Origin: Novakomyces olei
Lineage: Eukaryota
Length of the DNA: 64,000 nucleotides
Direction of reading: 5' to 3'
Assembly (NCBI GenBank): GCA_016906335.1
Contig: JADEYG010000001.1
Span: 1,302,001 to 1,366,000 of the forward strand
The position numbers and the translations under genes were made by a program. Under the pieces are notes generated by a model. The model saw nothing but the letters and a program-made list of their open reading frames with translations, did not search any database and had not been told where the DNA came from. The first letter of the stretch is position 1. Each line of letters opens with the position of its first letter. Positions 24,579 to 37,089 of this stretch are shown here, piece after piece.

Positions 24579-25839
24579 GGCTTTTTGTGTTTGTGTAGTT
24601 TGAATTAAAAAGTGAAAGCAAGCATGCGTCTGCGTATGGTTTGGTTTGTATGCGCAGTCATTTATTTGTTTGTACGGGTATTTTATTCACTAATGTTTGA
24701 GTGCATTCTGCTTTGTTCAATTTCATTATTTATTCATTTCGGTTTGGGTTTGCCTCGTTTGGGTTTGCCTCGTTTGGGTTTCTTCGTCGTTGCTCATGAT
24801 CAATTCATGACTGCTTTTATTTACACTTATACTCTTCAATGTTGACTGATCATTATGATTGATCTTGTTACCCAGAGTTTTGTTTGATGATACTTGCATG
24901 CGTATAATGGCTGTGAATGATTAGTCTGATACACGATAGTATAACATTATTATTCATGAAAATGATTAAAATTTGGTTCATCTGTAACGTTTGTAAACTT
25001 ATTCGTGATTGTCAAATGTCGTCGTATAATTGAAATAATTATAATGTAGATATTGTTAATTGTAAACCTCCAGTGTAGAAAAATTAAAAATTAAATTTTT
25101 AATTGCAATGCTTTAAATTTTAATATCAAGCATAAAATAAGATATTATATCACATGTACTGATACCGGCAGTTAGCTTTAGAGCTGCGCCGAGGTCTCTC
25201 TGTCAAATCTGAGATAGCATTTGAATTGATTTTTGCATATGTCTTGAAAATTGTAAAATAAATAGTTTTCGCCAACTACGCGGCCAATATTTTGATGTCT
25301 GCTGTTGGAATAAAAGTTTTGATATCACATATTGTCTTTACATAAAGTACTAGACGACACGTGGTCGAGACGAAAATAGATATACGCAATAGTACTGAAA
25401 ATTTTGAATCTTGTCGAGACTGGTTTTCAACATTGATGTCCTAAATGACATAAATACTCGGCATTAATGTACGATGGATCCATAAACATGAGAGCTTAAA
25501 GCCAAATTTCTTTATTGCCAATTTACATATTAATTCACCCGAAGGATTCAAGAAGCGTTGCGAGACAAGTCTATATTTTCTAATATAAAGCAATAAATTT
25601 TAATAAATTTTATTTAGTAGAGCCTTCTCAACAAAATACGCATCACGTATGAGGAAAAGACAACACAAGAACAATATTCACATGCTTTTAACGCATAATG
25701 CTTTAGAGTCTTGGCGCGCCCCTCAAGCCCAGCAGGTTCTTGGGAGCAGACTCGCTTGTATTTAAAAACTTATACACAAAACCAAACCGTATTTCCGAGC
25801 CAAAACCAAAGATAATAACAAAATAACGATACAAAGCTA

Positions 25840-27257
25840 TTATTTGTTGTTTTCCCGTTCCCGTACAACGGAATCGGGAACGGGCAAATAGTAAATGTGC
25901 GGTCGGGTTTTTGTCTTGAAGAATAAATCGTCTGCTTTTATCACTTTGACAGGCGACCTTTGCCGAGGTAAACTTGCTGCTGTCCCATTAAATTGTTCAC
26001 GGGGCTTAATACTCGGCTTTAGCACACGAGTATCTCTAAAGTCTGCATTCCCCTCTTCGTCATAGAATACACGGAACCGGCTTTTAGGCCCCGCTTCATT
26101 TTCAATATCACTCCATTCCCGTACCCGCTCATCCGGAATAAAATCCACGGTAATTTCTGGGCGAGATTTGTCGTCAGGCGGGTACCTTGACCCTGAAAGC
26201 ACCTGCAACCCCTTTGCAGCCGTTTCCATAGAGTCAAAAGTGACTAGAGCGTGCGATTTGATTGCATCTAGATGGAAAGAAACAATAGCCGACGCGTTAG
26301 ACATCTCTTGAACATAGGACTTAAATTGAGGGACAATTAGCGGCCGCGTTAGCCCTGTAATGTATAGTGATCTGGTGGGAATATGCTTTGTATCAAGAGC
26401 TTTTTCAGAACGCGGCCGCTTGGCTTCTACCTGGTCTGAACCTTCAGTGTCATGCTCTTTTCGCTTGAGCAGGACATGGTTGTTTTGTATTATTTCAGGG
26501 TTTGGTAGCTGTTCCAGCGGCTGAGCGCCGATCGGACGAGACCTTTCAATCTCGTTATCTCGGTTTGAAGCAATTTCCTGGGGTTCAATTTGATCAATGT
26601 CTTTTAGTTCAGAGACTTTTGGTCTAGCGTCTTTTGTGGCTTGAGTCGATTCGACTTTCGGTGCTGCCGGTCCTTTTATCATTACATGTTTTTCAATATC
26701 GGATTCCTGTAAATTTTCCTTGACTTTTTGAGCAGCACCTGCGCTTTCAATGTTTTCTTCCATAGGAGCTTGCTGAGCTGGAGCGACTGATCTATTTTCT
26801 TCTTCCTTTTTCTCTGGTTCAATTGATCCCTTTTCCACCGAGTCACTAATTTCTGTAGTCCGTTCTTTGAGTAGCTCAGCTTCTTTTGTGGGTGTTAAAG
26901 TTTTCGCTTCTTCTTTTGGTGCTTCATCGGTAACTTTGATACTCTCTGGGGCAGTTTGGCTCGCGTCATTTGTCACCGCTTCAGCTACATTTTCCGTTTC
27001 AATTGGCTCAGGCGCCTTTTCATTGCCAGTGGCAGGCTCAGACTCCTTTTCCAATTCCTCTCCCACTTCATTTTCCTTCCCCTTCTCTTCGTCGTCTCGA
27101 ACAAGGCGCGCGACCAGATCTTTTTTCAACCCAGTTTTTGACAATCCGCGCTCATCGAGAATTGATTTGAGTTCGGTAACCTGAAATGAGAATTAGGCAC
27201 GTGAAACTTTGAGTATAGCTTTGTTTTTACCTTTAACGCCGCGTAATCTGGTGCCAT
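25840..27257 (-). CDS. Acinus-like SAP + RRM + RSB-motif protein, 2 exons (intron 27181-27230)
   Basis: Spliced start MAPDYAALK|VTELKSILDERGLSKTGLKKDLVARL (SAP); RRM SLYITGLTRPL...LDAIKSHALVTF; RSB motif DDLFFKTKTRPHIYYLP. Confidence 0.88.
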
Positions 27258-27346
27258 CACGCTGCAACGATGCTATTAATCATTGGATTAAATTAATTGT
27301 TTAATAAATAAATAATCAATTATAAATATTTAAATATAAATATAAA

Positions 27347-27383
27347 TATAATGTTGAGAAATTGACTCTTTCTCAACATTATA
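27347..27383. other. Perfect 15-bp inverted repeat with 7-nt spacer TTGACTC
   Basis: TATAATGTTGAGAAA (27347-27361) pairs with TTTCTCAACATTATA (27369-27383). Confidence 0.9.
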
Positions 27384-29762
27384 CTATATACCTTACATTT
27401 AATATTTCTTTTAAATAATAATAACTAACCCTAATTCTGTTTTCACATGGATAATTCTGTCCATTGAATATAATCTGTCTTTACCAGATCTTTTATTTAA
27501 TAGTTTATTTATATAACCCTAATCGCACGTCTGAGAACTATTATTTAATTAAATTATATTTATATAAAATATATATATGATGACCTTTATTAATCTTTTC
27601 CACAGTCAGATAGTTAATATCAACCATTCGAACTTCAAAATAACTTCAATAATTCAACATGTATTACATATATTAAATATACAAATTAAAAAAAAAGCAC
27701 TATTACACATGGAGAGATAGTTCCACGGGAGCCGTCAACTTTCAATTAAGAACGATCGAACTAATACTTCGCTGCTAGTTCGTAACAAATAGAGACTAGA
27801 GCCATTGATAGAGCCACAGGGACAATAGCGCGTTGACTTAGCCAGACATAAAAGCTATACAGCCATGTGGGTTTGAGACATATGAATTTTGAACTTTTCG
27901 GCAGTAAAACGCCAATCAGAACCGGATAGGGTTTCAAATTTGAAAACAAATATTCCTTTTATGGGTCTTTCTCTACATGCGTCTTGCAGTGTATTAACTC
28001 ACTTACGAATCGCAGCCAGCCATTGTAGCAAAGGTTAAATACTAGAAACGCCTCTAGTAGTATATGTGTCAAGAAAGTTTTTTTAGCTAAAAATCCCTAA
28101 ATTAGTCTTTGATGCAAGTTCAGTGGCAAGTGAAATGCCTCGTATTGGCTTCTACACTTTTGTGCATTTATATACATTTTTAATCATCCTTTGAAATTTT
28201 GCACTTTCTTGCTCGTTTCAGTCTAAAACAGGAAATTATTTCTCCGTGCTCCAGGTTGCAACAAATGCCAAACATGCTGACAAAATGTACATCACATTTG
28301 CTTAAGTCATCCACTACAGTGATTGCAATGTCTCTGGAAGCTTAAACTTTGGCCATACGGATTTTATTATTGGACACGGGCTGTATAAAGTAACGTTGCA
28401 TTGGATCAATGTTCAAAATATAGAGGATTGTTCGGAGCAATAATAGCTCAATAGCAGTGTATAGTAGATGATTTATGGAAGAGCAGAAGTATTAGCTACA
28501 ATTTATAAATCAAAACTCAATGCATCAGTGCTTGGCGCCTTGACTACTTTGCACGTGCTCAATGCAATCCATTCAGCTACAAATCATCGCTCCAGCCGTA
28601 ATCCAAACTAAACTTGCAAAGCTAAAAGAGCCAAACCTCTGAGACTCCTATGGTTTCTAGCTTTTTAAACCATAACTGCGCCAGCCCTTACCTCTGCAAT
28701 TTCTGTCTTTGAGGGCGAAGACTGGGTAATAACCAAATCATACGCGGTACAGAAATCAGAAATAAGTTCGATGCATTAATGGCCTGTCAGCATCAACAGG
28801 AAACACCACAGTCGTCTCTGTTCAAAAGCAATCGCTTATTATATGCCTCGGCCTGTGACCCATAGCAACAAAAGAGGGCAATTTGGCACATTTTCGGGTC
28901 ACATTGACGCTCATTTTGAAACGCTACAAGGACGTTTACCGCCCAGAATTTGAAAATGAAACGGAAGAGCAGAGCCTTTTGCCATTTACATATTCTTTAC
29001 CTATTTTTTACCTATTCATTGGTAGTATTGCAAATTATGGTTAGTAGAGCAATAAAGAATTACAAAGAAGACCTCTTGCCGCTTCGAACCTTTTTGCGCT
29101 CTGTTCGTGGCCAAGACCAACTCTGGTTGAAGCCTTTCACATAAAAACGAGGCAATTAAACGGGTACAATAGCGCATCTGTATATAAATGTATATGATTT
29201 GATGCCTTTATTCTTTGGCGTGGATTGTGATTCAATTTTGTTTTATTTTGTTCTGTTCTTTTAATTTATTTCATTTTTAACTTTTTGTCATTTGATTGTA
29301 TTTCCAGGTTTTTTCTCGATACTGTGAAATATTAAAGAAAGGGCATATGTGTCAATTATATCATATTCAAGCTCACAGCAGATCAATCACGCTAATTAAT
29401 CCAAATAAATAAAAGCAGTAATATAATCAACATTGTATGTTTCAGAATAAGCTGCGCTTGAGGTTTACGCACGGCGTATACATGACCAAAACGATTACCA
29501 AACTGCCCTTCACCCAATATTCTTGGACGGCTTTTGGTAACACAAGAGTTAATAAACGGGTTGCAAAATGTGTAACAAAAGGCGGATGATATAAAGACTT
29601 GATAACGAGATAAATATAAGCTCGTCCATTACCCGATCAAATACCAGATAAGAATAAAACAAAAATACAAAGTGCACCCGCCAGCAAAAGGGCAAACAAA
29701 TTTTTGTCAGTTATTGCCCCACTACAGAATCTGAAGCAAATATACAAGGACGCCAGCAAAAC

Positions 29763-31068
29763 TCAATTATTAGAAAACGGCACCTTTCCTTCGTCCTGCG
29801 TAGGATTTGCTGTGCTTGAATTTGGCGCAGAGGCATCCTTGGCATTGTCCTTTGCACTACCGTCTTTGCTCAAGTCGCTCTCCGGTCCATCAGGCACCAG
29901 ATCAGTTTCCGTAGCGTTTGCCCGACCAGACTCTACTGTAGAGACAATAGCAGCATCAGACTTTTGTTCGTTTGACGATGGCAATTGCTGTTCACTGGCC
30001 GGCGCTGATGCCAAAGTAGACGCAGCAGTTTCAATGCTTTCTTTCCCGTTTTCTTTTGAAGCCTCAAAAGAAGGCGCAGTTTTCGTTTCAGACGGTCCCA
30101 CCCGAGGCTCTGGCTCATCTTCGTCGTCATAATTTTCATCCACGTCTGCTTTATGCACTTGAGCAGGTGGCCGTTCCGGCTCTGTGATTTTTGCACTAGA
30201 AGGCTCTTCCCCATCTTTTTCAATTCCCTGCCCTGACCGTGACTCCCTTTCTTGCTGGGTATCACTCTGGCCATTAACACCCGACACAGCTCCGTCTTCC
30301 CGTTCGTCAGGTTTGTTTCCAGACTGGCCTTCATCCTGCCTTTGCACAGAGGAGGGATACGTAGCAGTCTCCGGCGGAGAACTTGCAGCTGGAGCCGAAC
30401 TCTGTGCAGAAACAGGATTTGCAATCTGATTTGCAGCCTGATTTGCAATCTGATTTAAATCTTGTCCAGGACTTGGACGTCGAGGAGGAGGAGGAGGAGG
30501 AAGAGGCGAGGGAGTAGCATCCACCTTGTACCGTTTAGCATACGGATTATTCAAAGCTGAATCTGCATCTCGTTTCACAGATAAATCTGAATCTTGTGCT
30601 TCAGGCAGGTTAGTAATAGGAGGTGTCTCCCTGTTGCCGGATTTTGGCAGAGAACCAGGTCCTGCAGCGCGGTCTTCTTCTCTCTTGTTGGGCGGAGGTA
30701 GATGCTCCTTTTCACGCAGTTCCTGTTTGCTAGTATGCTTCTTCAGCATTGGCGCCAGTGAAGGTCCATGTTCAGCGTCCTCGGTAATCGTTAACGACTG
30801 ACTTTTCGCCTGTGGCTGCTTTTGCTGTAATTGCTGTGGCTGCTGCTGATATATCCGTGGGCTCTGAGCAGCCACAGTCTGTTGAGGCGCTTGGGCCGCT
30901 ATATGCTGAGATTGCCCGTAGCCGGAGACCGGTTGAGTAGGCTGCTGGATTTGTGACTGGGCTGGATGAGCAGGTTGTGGCTGGTACTGGTAGGAATAGG
31001 AGCGTAATTCTGGAGATCCTCTACGTTGCTGATGTTGTTGATGTTGTTGTTGTTGTTGTTGCTGCTGC

Positions 31069-31100
<32 letters not shown>

Positions 31101-33341
31101 TTGCTGTTGCTGCTGCTGCTGCTGTTGTTGTTGTTGTTGCTGTTGAGATTGCTGCGGTTGGTGTCCATAAAAAGGCATCGGAGATTGGTAATGCTGAGCC
31201 TGTTGTTGAGGAGGAGCCTGTTGAGCAGTCTGCTGCATTAGCACAGGAGGCGGAGCAGACTGCTGAACCTGGTGAGCCTGCTGCTGTTGGATTTGAGACT
31301 GCATTTGAGCAGCAGCCCACTGGCTCGGTGGTCCAGTTGAGCTGGCAGCATAAGCTTGAGGATTGATATCTCTTGGAGCAATCGATCCTGCTGAAGGCGT
31401 TGCTGGATTACGAGGCTCCGATCCATTTGTGAGAGGTTGTTTGCCCTGAGGCGGAGCAACCGAAGGCGATGAGGCAGTAGCGTCTCTATTACCCGCTCCA
31501 ATACTGACCCCGTTCTGGCTCATCTGTGTTCCCGAGCCTGCTGCATCGCTCCCTCCACGCAAAAGCTGAAGCCTTGCCTTTATATGAGGATTGCCGGGAT
31601 CCAGTTCGGCTGCTCTCTGGTACGCGTCCAGAGCGTCCGTCACCTGGTTGTTGCAGGACTCGTAGAGTGTACCCAAATCGTACCAGACTTCAGAGATATA
31701 CGGGTTCAGTCTGATTGCTCGGGAATAAGCATCCAAGGCATCGCGATACTGGTTGATTTGGTAGTACAGCACACCGATAGAGCACCAGAAAGTAGGGTTC
31801 CGACCGTCTCGGTAGACTGCTTGCTGATAGGCCTCATAGGCCTTGTTGTACTTTTGCTGCGCCATGTAGCAGCGGCCCAGAAGGTACCAGCTCTGTGCAT
31901 CCTGGCTATCGCACTCTACAGACTTTGTAAGGTACTGGATAGCCAGATCCTGGTTTGCAAAGGATGAGGATTGTTGGTGGTAGAGCCATCCGAGTTGCTG
32001 GAGCACTTTGGCGTGATTAGGGTTAGCAACAAGGACACGCTCATAAGCGTCTCGGGCAAGCTTGTACTCTTTTTGCTGCTCATAAACATGGCCAATCTGG
32101 AACCAAATATCGATCTCTGTCAGGGGTTTGGGTGTGTCCCTCAAGATGTACCGAAAACATTCAAGCGATTGCTGATACTTGTGCTGCTGCTTGTAAATAA
32201 TGCCAAGACGGAAGTATATTTCGTTCGCCTTGTCAAAGTTGGGGTCCATTCGCATGACTTGGCTAAATGCCTCTTCTGCGTGGTCCAAACTGCCGTACCG
32301 ATCATACAGGATACCAATACCGTACCACAATCTTGGCTCTTTTGGATCACGCAAATGGTATAGAGCCTGCTGGTAAGCGGAATAGGCTTTCTGCAGTTCA
32401 TCCATCATAAGGTAACAGTGTCCAAGCGCGCTCCAGACTTCTCCGTTTGTGCTGTCGATATTGAGAATAGATTGAAAGTAGTTGACCGCCTGTTTCATTA
32501 GATTCGAACAGAGAAAATGATTAATTAACTAAAAAAAAGACAAAAGAAAACAAAAACAATGATCAACATTTAAAAGCAAGCCGATGAAAAGCGGGGTATA
32601 ATGTATAATCCAAGTGTATAATCCTACCTTTGGAAACTGTTCGCGTGCGCGCAGTAGAGTAGCACAAGCGGCCATTGCAGGAATAGAATACGGGTTATGG
32701 CACAAAGCGTTTTCGTAGCACGACATGGCCCGGTCCGGATCGTTCATAAACTCGGAGAGCCGGCCTGGAGATTAGAGAGATGAACAATCAAGACGCAGGC
32801 AGGTATATTTATGTAAAATAAATATAAATAAAAAAGCAGAAAAATAAATAAAAATAAAAATGGAAATAAATGTAAAAATAAAAATAAATGTAAATGTAAA
32901 TGTAAATGCAAATATGCCATGTTGCGGCGGTATCATACCCAGCTGAGTCCATGTGAGTTCATTCATTGAAGCCAATTTCTGAAGCGACATGTTTGTTTGT
33001 GCCAGCGAGGGCGTCGCAGCCATAGCTGCAGCCATAGCCGGGTGCCCCGCTGCCTCTGGCGGAGGAGGTACGCCTAAAGCCGCAGTAGAAGCGGCGTGGT
33101 GCGGGTGGTGGAGCAAGTCGGCACCAGCAGGCTGAAGGTGGTGCGCGTGGTGCTGCAGTACAGGCGGCCCTGCCGTGTTTGGAGGCAGTGGAGGCTGTGA
33201 GGAGATAGGAACTGTGATGGGGACGGCCGCCGACGCTATTAAAGCGTGATTGCCAGCGGGAGAACGCGGCGGCTGTGGAGGCGGAGGCTGTTGCTGGTGC
33301 TGATGAGTTTGCGGTTGCACCGGCGGCTGCGGCGGCGCCAT
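29763..33341 (-). CDS. SSN6: General transcriptional corepressor Ssn6/Cyc8, 3 exons (introns about 32767-32938 and 32489-32627)
   Basis: LASMNELTWTQLG; TPR array (LWYGIGILYDRYG, YQQAVYRDGRNPTFWCSIGVLY); polyQ; VDENYDD motif. Confidence 0.96.
31027..31143 (-). repeat. CAG/CAA polyglutamine tract in SSN6
   Basis: Directly visible and in frame. Confidence 0.97.
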
Positions 33342-33774
33342 TGGGCCGAGGCAACTCAACACGTTGAACAGATCAAGGCCACGGGAGGAGTTTTGCGATT
33401 TTTATTTTAAAGCGATTTTGGCCGTAGTGGATTTTTTAGAGTAGGGATTTTATTGAGTTTGTTTTGGGTGTGCGTGCGTATATTGAGAGAGATGTGATGA
33501 TGTAGTGTTACTATTGAATAGGAATATTTACGTATGCGTATGGAAATGTTTATATAATACAGTGTGCTGCTATTACAGATTACACTCATTTGCGGGCGCA
33601 GTAATCAATTGTTTAGTGTTTATTTTTACGGTTTTTCTGTGGATATACAACGTCTACTTGCCAATTCTCGCTAAATAGGAGACGCCGTATGGAGATTATG
33701 CGACAGGCACAGTGTCCTGCTGTACTCGGACGAATAAGCGAATAGAAAGAGTAACAAATCAACAGCAAATGTAT

Positions 33775-33941
33775 AACAAGTCAACAAAGAAGCAAATCGA
33801 CAAGGCCGTTGACCAAAGACAATAGACAGACAAGTAAACAAGGGCAGTACACAGGGACGGCTGAACAGAGACAAATAAAAGACAAATAAAAGACAAATAA
33901 ACAAGACAGCGAACAAGACAGTAGACAAGACAGTAGACAAG
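33775..33941. repeat. Degenerate AGACAA-based repeats upstream of SSN6
   Basis: Directly visible. Confidence 0.75.
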
Positions 33942-35160
33942 TATGAGTTGTAGTCCTGTGCAACGTCCTGGTTGAGCCGTAGCCGTTCCCGCAAACACGC
34001 GTAGAACGGTACACAATGCAAGCGCTAAGGAACTATCGTCAAGGGATTATTGTCCCGCGTAAGATGAAGCGGGGCGGGGCGGGGCAGCTTGAGCCAAAGG
34101 GGGGTCCAGAGTCTGCGACAACGAGTGCGGCACGCTATCTATACATTGCAAGCTGTGCGATATACACAAAGACGCAATCTCGTAATGCTATATGGAAAAC
34201 GGAATTGGGCAACTTCAGTCGAAAAGGTAAGGGTGAGAAGCAGTGCGTGGCAAATGATGCTACATGGCAGTTTTCTAAACAAGTTAAATCGTCGGTCTTT
34301 GGCGGCCTAATCCTGTGTGGATTACGAGAGGAGCCCGTTTTTAGACTGGCGCGCTTGCTCTTTATTCTCTATTATGGCTCGCTTCTAGTCCGATGTCGAG
34401 ACTAGTCAGACTAATATTTAGATCAATACTCGCGCTCAAGGGTATGGACTAGTATCAATCAACACGCGACTAGCGTGGGTGTACTAAGTCTGGACGACTT
34501 GGTGTGCATTTAGTGTTTCATATAGGGTACAGTGGGAGCAGGTGCAATTAGTAACATTAGTGTAATTAGCGAATTTCGTGAAATAAGCTCCCTATGCAGG
34601 CACAATATGTTTGCGTGCTCGGGAGATTAGCGCGTCTATGCGCGTTCCTTGCAGCATTCTCGTTTCTGCCAAAATGCCTATCAAAGAGCGTTAACGAGGT
34701 AACGTAATAATCCAAGGGCAACACTATGGGCAGAGCATTGCTCATAGTTTTCTAGGCACTTTTGCAGTGTTTTGCAAAAAGGCATATCTCTCTTTAGACA
34801 AAACAATTATTGAATCTTGATCTTTGTAGTGCGGCCACGTCGTTTGCCACGCGGCTTCCACGCAAGGCGTGGCGGTCCCGCTGTGGAGGGTCCGGGCCTG
34901 TAGTAGATAGTTCTATTAATTACTACGTTTATTACTACCATGTTTGAATATTCCTTTTTTCCGGTGGTCCAGCCAATCTGAATTTCCCCTCTGGCCTGAC
35001 TACTCTGGCCTGACTAAGTAAGCGTTTCACTACAAAGGTTAGGGTTTAGATAGCCAGCCAGCTAATCAGGGTTTTCTTGGCTATTCTATTACTTAATATT
35101 TGCAAGTAAGATTTGTTTGATGGGACTAGCGCTGTGTCGAAATTGTACAGAAAATACAGC

Positions 35161-35187
35161 TAGGGCTAACCCTAATACCAAGTCACA
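35161..35187 (+). promoter_or_regulatory. RP promoter module: telobox palindrome TAGGGCTAACCCTAA plus Homol-D-like AAGTCACA
   Basis: Upstream of RPL3; a near-identical module lies upstream of RPL24. Confidence 0.75.
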
Positions 35188-35252
35188 CACAAACACAATG
35201 GTATACACAGAAAACACAGGCAACGAATAAATCCTAAACACACATTGACAGC

Positions 35253-36428
35253 ATGTCGCACCGAAAGTACGAGGCGCCTCGCCACGGTTCGCTCGGATTC
35301 TTGCCGCGCAAGCGTGCAGCCCGTCACCGGGGAAAGGTCAAGTCGTTCCCCAAGGATGATTCTTCAAAGCCTGTCCATTTAACTGCATTTATGGGCTACA
35401 AGGCGGGTATGACCCACATTGTCCGTGACTTGGACCGTCCCGGCTCCAAGATGCACAAGCGCGAGATCCTGGAGGCTGTTACCATCATCGAGACTCCTCC
35501 GCTTGTTGTCGTCGGTGTTACTGGCTACGTTGCCACCCCTCGCGGTCTTCGCACCCTTACTACTGTATGGGCCGAGCATCTGTCGGAGGAGCTCCGTCGC
35601 CGCTTCTACAAGAACTGGTACAAGAGCAAGAAGAAGGCGTACACAAAGTACTCTCGCAAGTACGCCTCTGCTCCTCAGGACATTACACGCGAGCTGGAGC
35701 GAATCAAAAAGTACTGCTCTGTTGTCAGAGTACTCGCACACACTCAAATCCGTCAAACGCCTCTCAAGCAAAAGAAGGCTCACTTGATGGAGATCCAGGT
35801 CAATGGTGGCTCTGTCGCCGACAAAGTCGACTGGGCACGAGAGCATTTTGAGAAGACTGTTGATATCAAGTCTGTGTTTGAGCAAGACGAAATGATTGAC
35901 GTTATCGGTGTCACTAAGGGTCGTGGCGTTGAGGGTGTTACTACCCGCTGGGGCACTAAGCGTCTGCCTCGCAAGACCCACCGTGGCCTCCGCAAGGTTG
36001 CGTGTATCGGTGCCTGGCATCCTAACCACGTTATGTGGACAGTCGCCCGTGCTGGTAACAATGGTTACATGCACCGTACACAGCTCAACTCTAAAGTCTA
36101 CCGCATCGGCACCGGCTCCGATGACCGTAATGGTGCTACCGACTTTGATCACACTGCAAAGAAGATTACGCCGTTGGGCGGATTCGTCCGCTACGGTGTG
36201 CTCGACAATGACTTTGTCATGCTTGCCGGTGCGACTCCAGGACCAAAGAAGCGGGTTCTGACTCTGCGCAAGTCTCTCATCACTCACACTTCGCGCAAGG
36301 CGTTGGAGAAGGTACAGCTCAAGTTTATTGATACCTCTAGCAAGTTTGGTCACGGCCGTTTCCAGACTGCAGAGGACAAGGCTGCCTACGAGGGTACGCG
36401 CAAACGCGATGTCGTCAAGTCTGCATAG
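35253..36428 (+). CDS. RPL3: 60S ribosomal protein L3 (uL3)
   Basis: [51 protein letters not shown]; strongly biased codons. Confidence 0.99.
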   Translation: MSHRKYEAPRHGSLGFLPRKRAARHRGKVKSFPKDDSSKPVHLTAFMGYKAGMTHIVRDLDRPGSKMHKREILEAVTIIETPPLVVVGVTGYVATPRGLRTLTTVWAEHLSEELRRRFYKNWYKSKKKAYTKYSRKYASAPQDITRELERIKKYCSVVRVLAHTQIRQTPLKQKKAHLMEIQVNGGSVADKVDWAREHFEKTVDIKSVFEQDEMIDVIGVTKGRGVEGVTTRWGTKRLPRKTHRGLRKVACIGAWHPNHVMWTVARAGNNGYMHRTQLNSKVYRIGTGSDDRNGATDFDHTAKKITPLGGFVRYGVLDNDFVMLAGATPGPKKRVLTLRKSLITHTSRKALEKVQLKFIDTSSKFGHGRFQTAEDKAAYEGTRKRDVVKSA

Positions 36429-36474
36429 ACTGTTTTGAAAAAGTAATAAAGGCAATTTTATATTCTAGTGTTTT

Positions 36475-36602
36475 GTCCCCTTAGGATAGTAGTAGAGGAA
36501 CAGTGGTCTAGCTACGCATACAATGTTCCATAGCCAATTGGCAAACCTTAGCGGACGATACCCGAGCGGAGTTCAGTATAATGGACTATTCGGCCTAAAG
36601 AC
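36475..36602. ncRNA. Candidate structured RNA, class unknown (strand probably minus)
   Basis: Terminal complementarity TTAGG-ATAGT / ACTAT-CCTAA, inner GGAACA/TGTTCC stem and GCCAATTGGC palindrome; orphan telobox and TATA immediately to its right. Confidence 0.3.
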
Positions 36603-37089
36603 CTTTTGTTGTATTAGGGAAAGTAAAGGAAGAGGATTGTGTATAATCGCATATATATTACGTACGGAGCGGAGCGTGTAAGGCGCTTTTTCAATTTATG
36701 TGTATCGAAAAATATTTAATTCTAACCCTAACCCTGATGTTTGATACACAGAGCGTGCATTTTACATGTATTTTACAAGAGTTTTACGTGTTACGTGTTT
36801 TCTGTGAATTTTACATGTTTACGTCCCTTTTAAGGTTTCGGCCAAAATCTGCAGAGCGCGTTAATATGACAAGACGCTAGCCACGAAGCAGAAAACAATA
36901 AAATCTGCCACTCCAGCGCTTGTAGTCCTTTTTGCAATAGTTTAAAACACTGCAAGCAATCTTAGCCTGGTACGTTTATTAATTACGATTGCATATCGAG
37001 CGATGCAGAATGGATAAAGGTAGATCCATAATCATACGCAAAAGCAGATTGATACAAGTATTATAAACGCTATATCCATTATGTACACA

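Noticed and set aside
24884..24929. TGATGA...CTGA box C/D-like pair
   Set aside because: Too short (about 45 nt), no terminal stem and no recognisable rRNA guide.
27425..29150. Telomerase RNA candidate (CTAACCCTAA template-like)
   Set aside because: The motif sits in AT-rich promoter DNA like the many other teloboxes; no pseudoknot, CR4/5 or Sm-site features were recognised.
35379..36455. 358-aa antisense ORF over RPL3
   Set aside because: Shadow frame produced by strong codon bias; no recognisable protein. Likewise for the antisense or alternate-frame ORFs over ACS, ADAM and SSN6.
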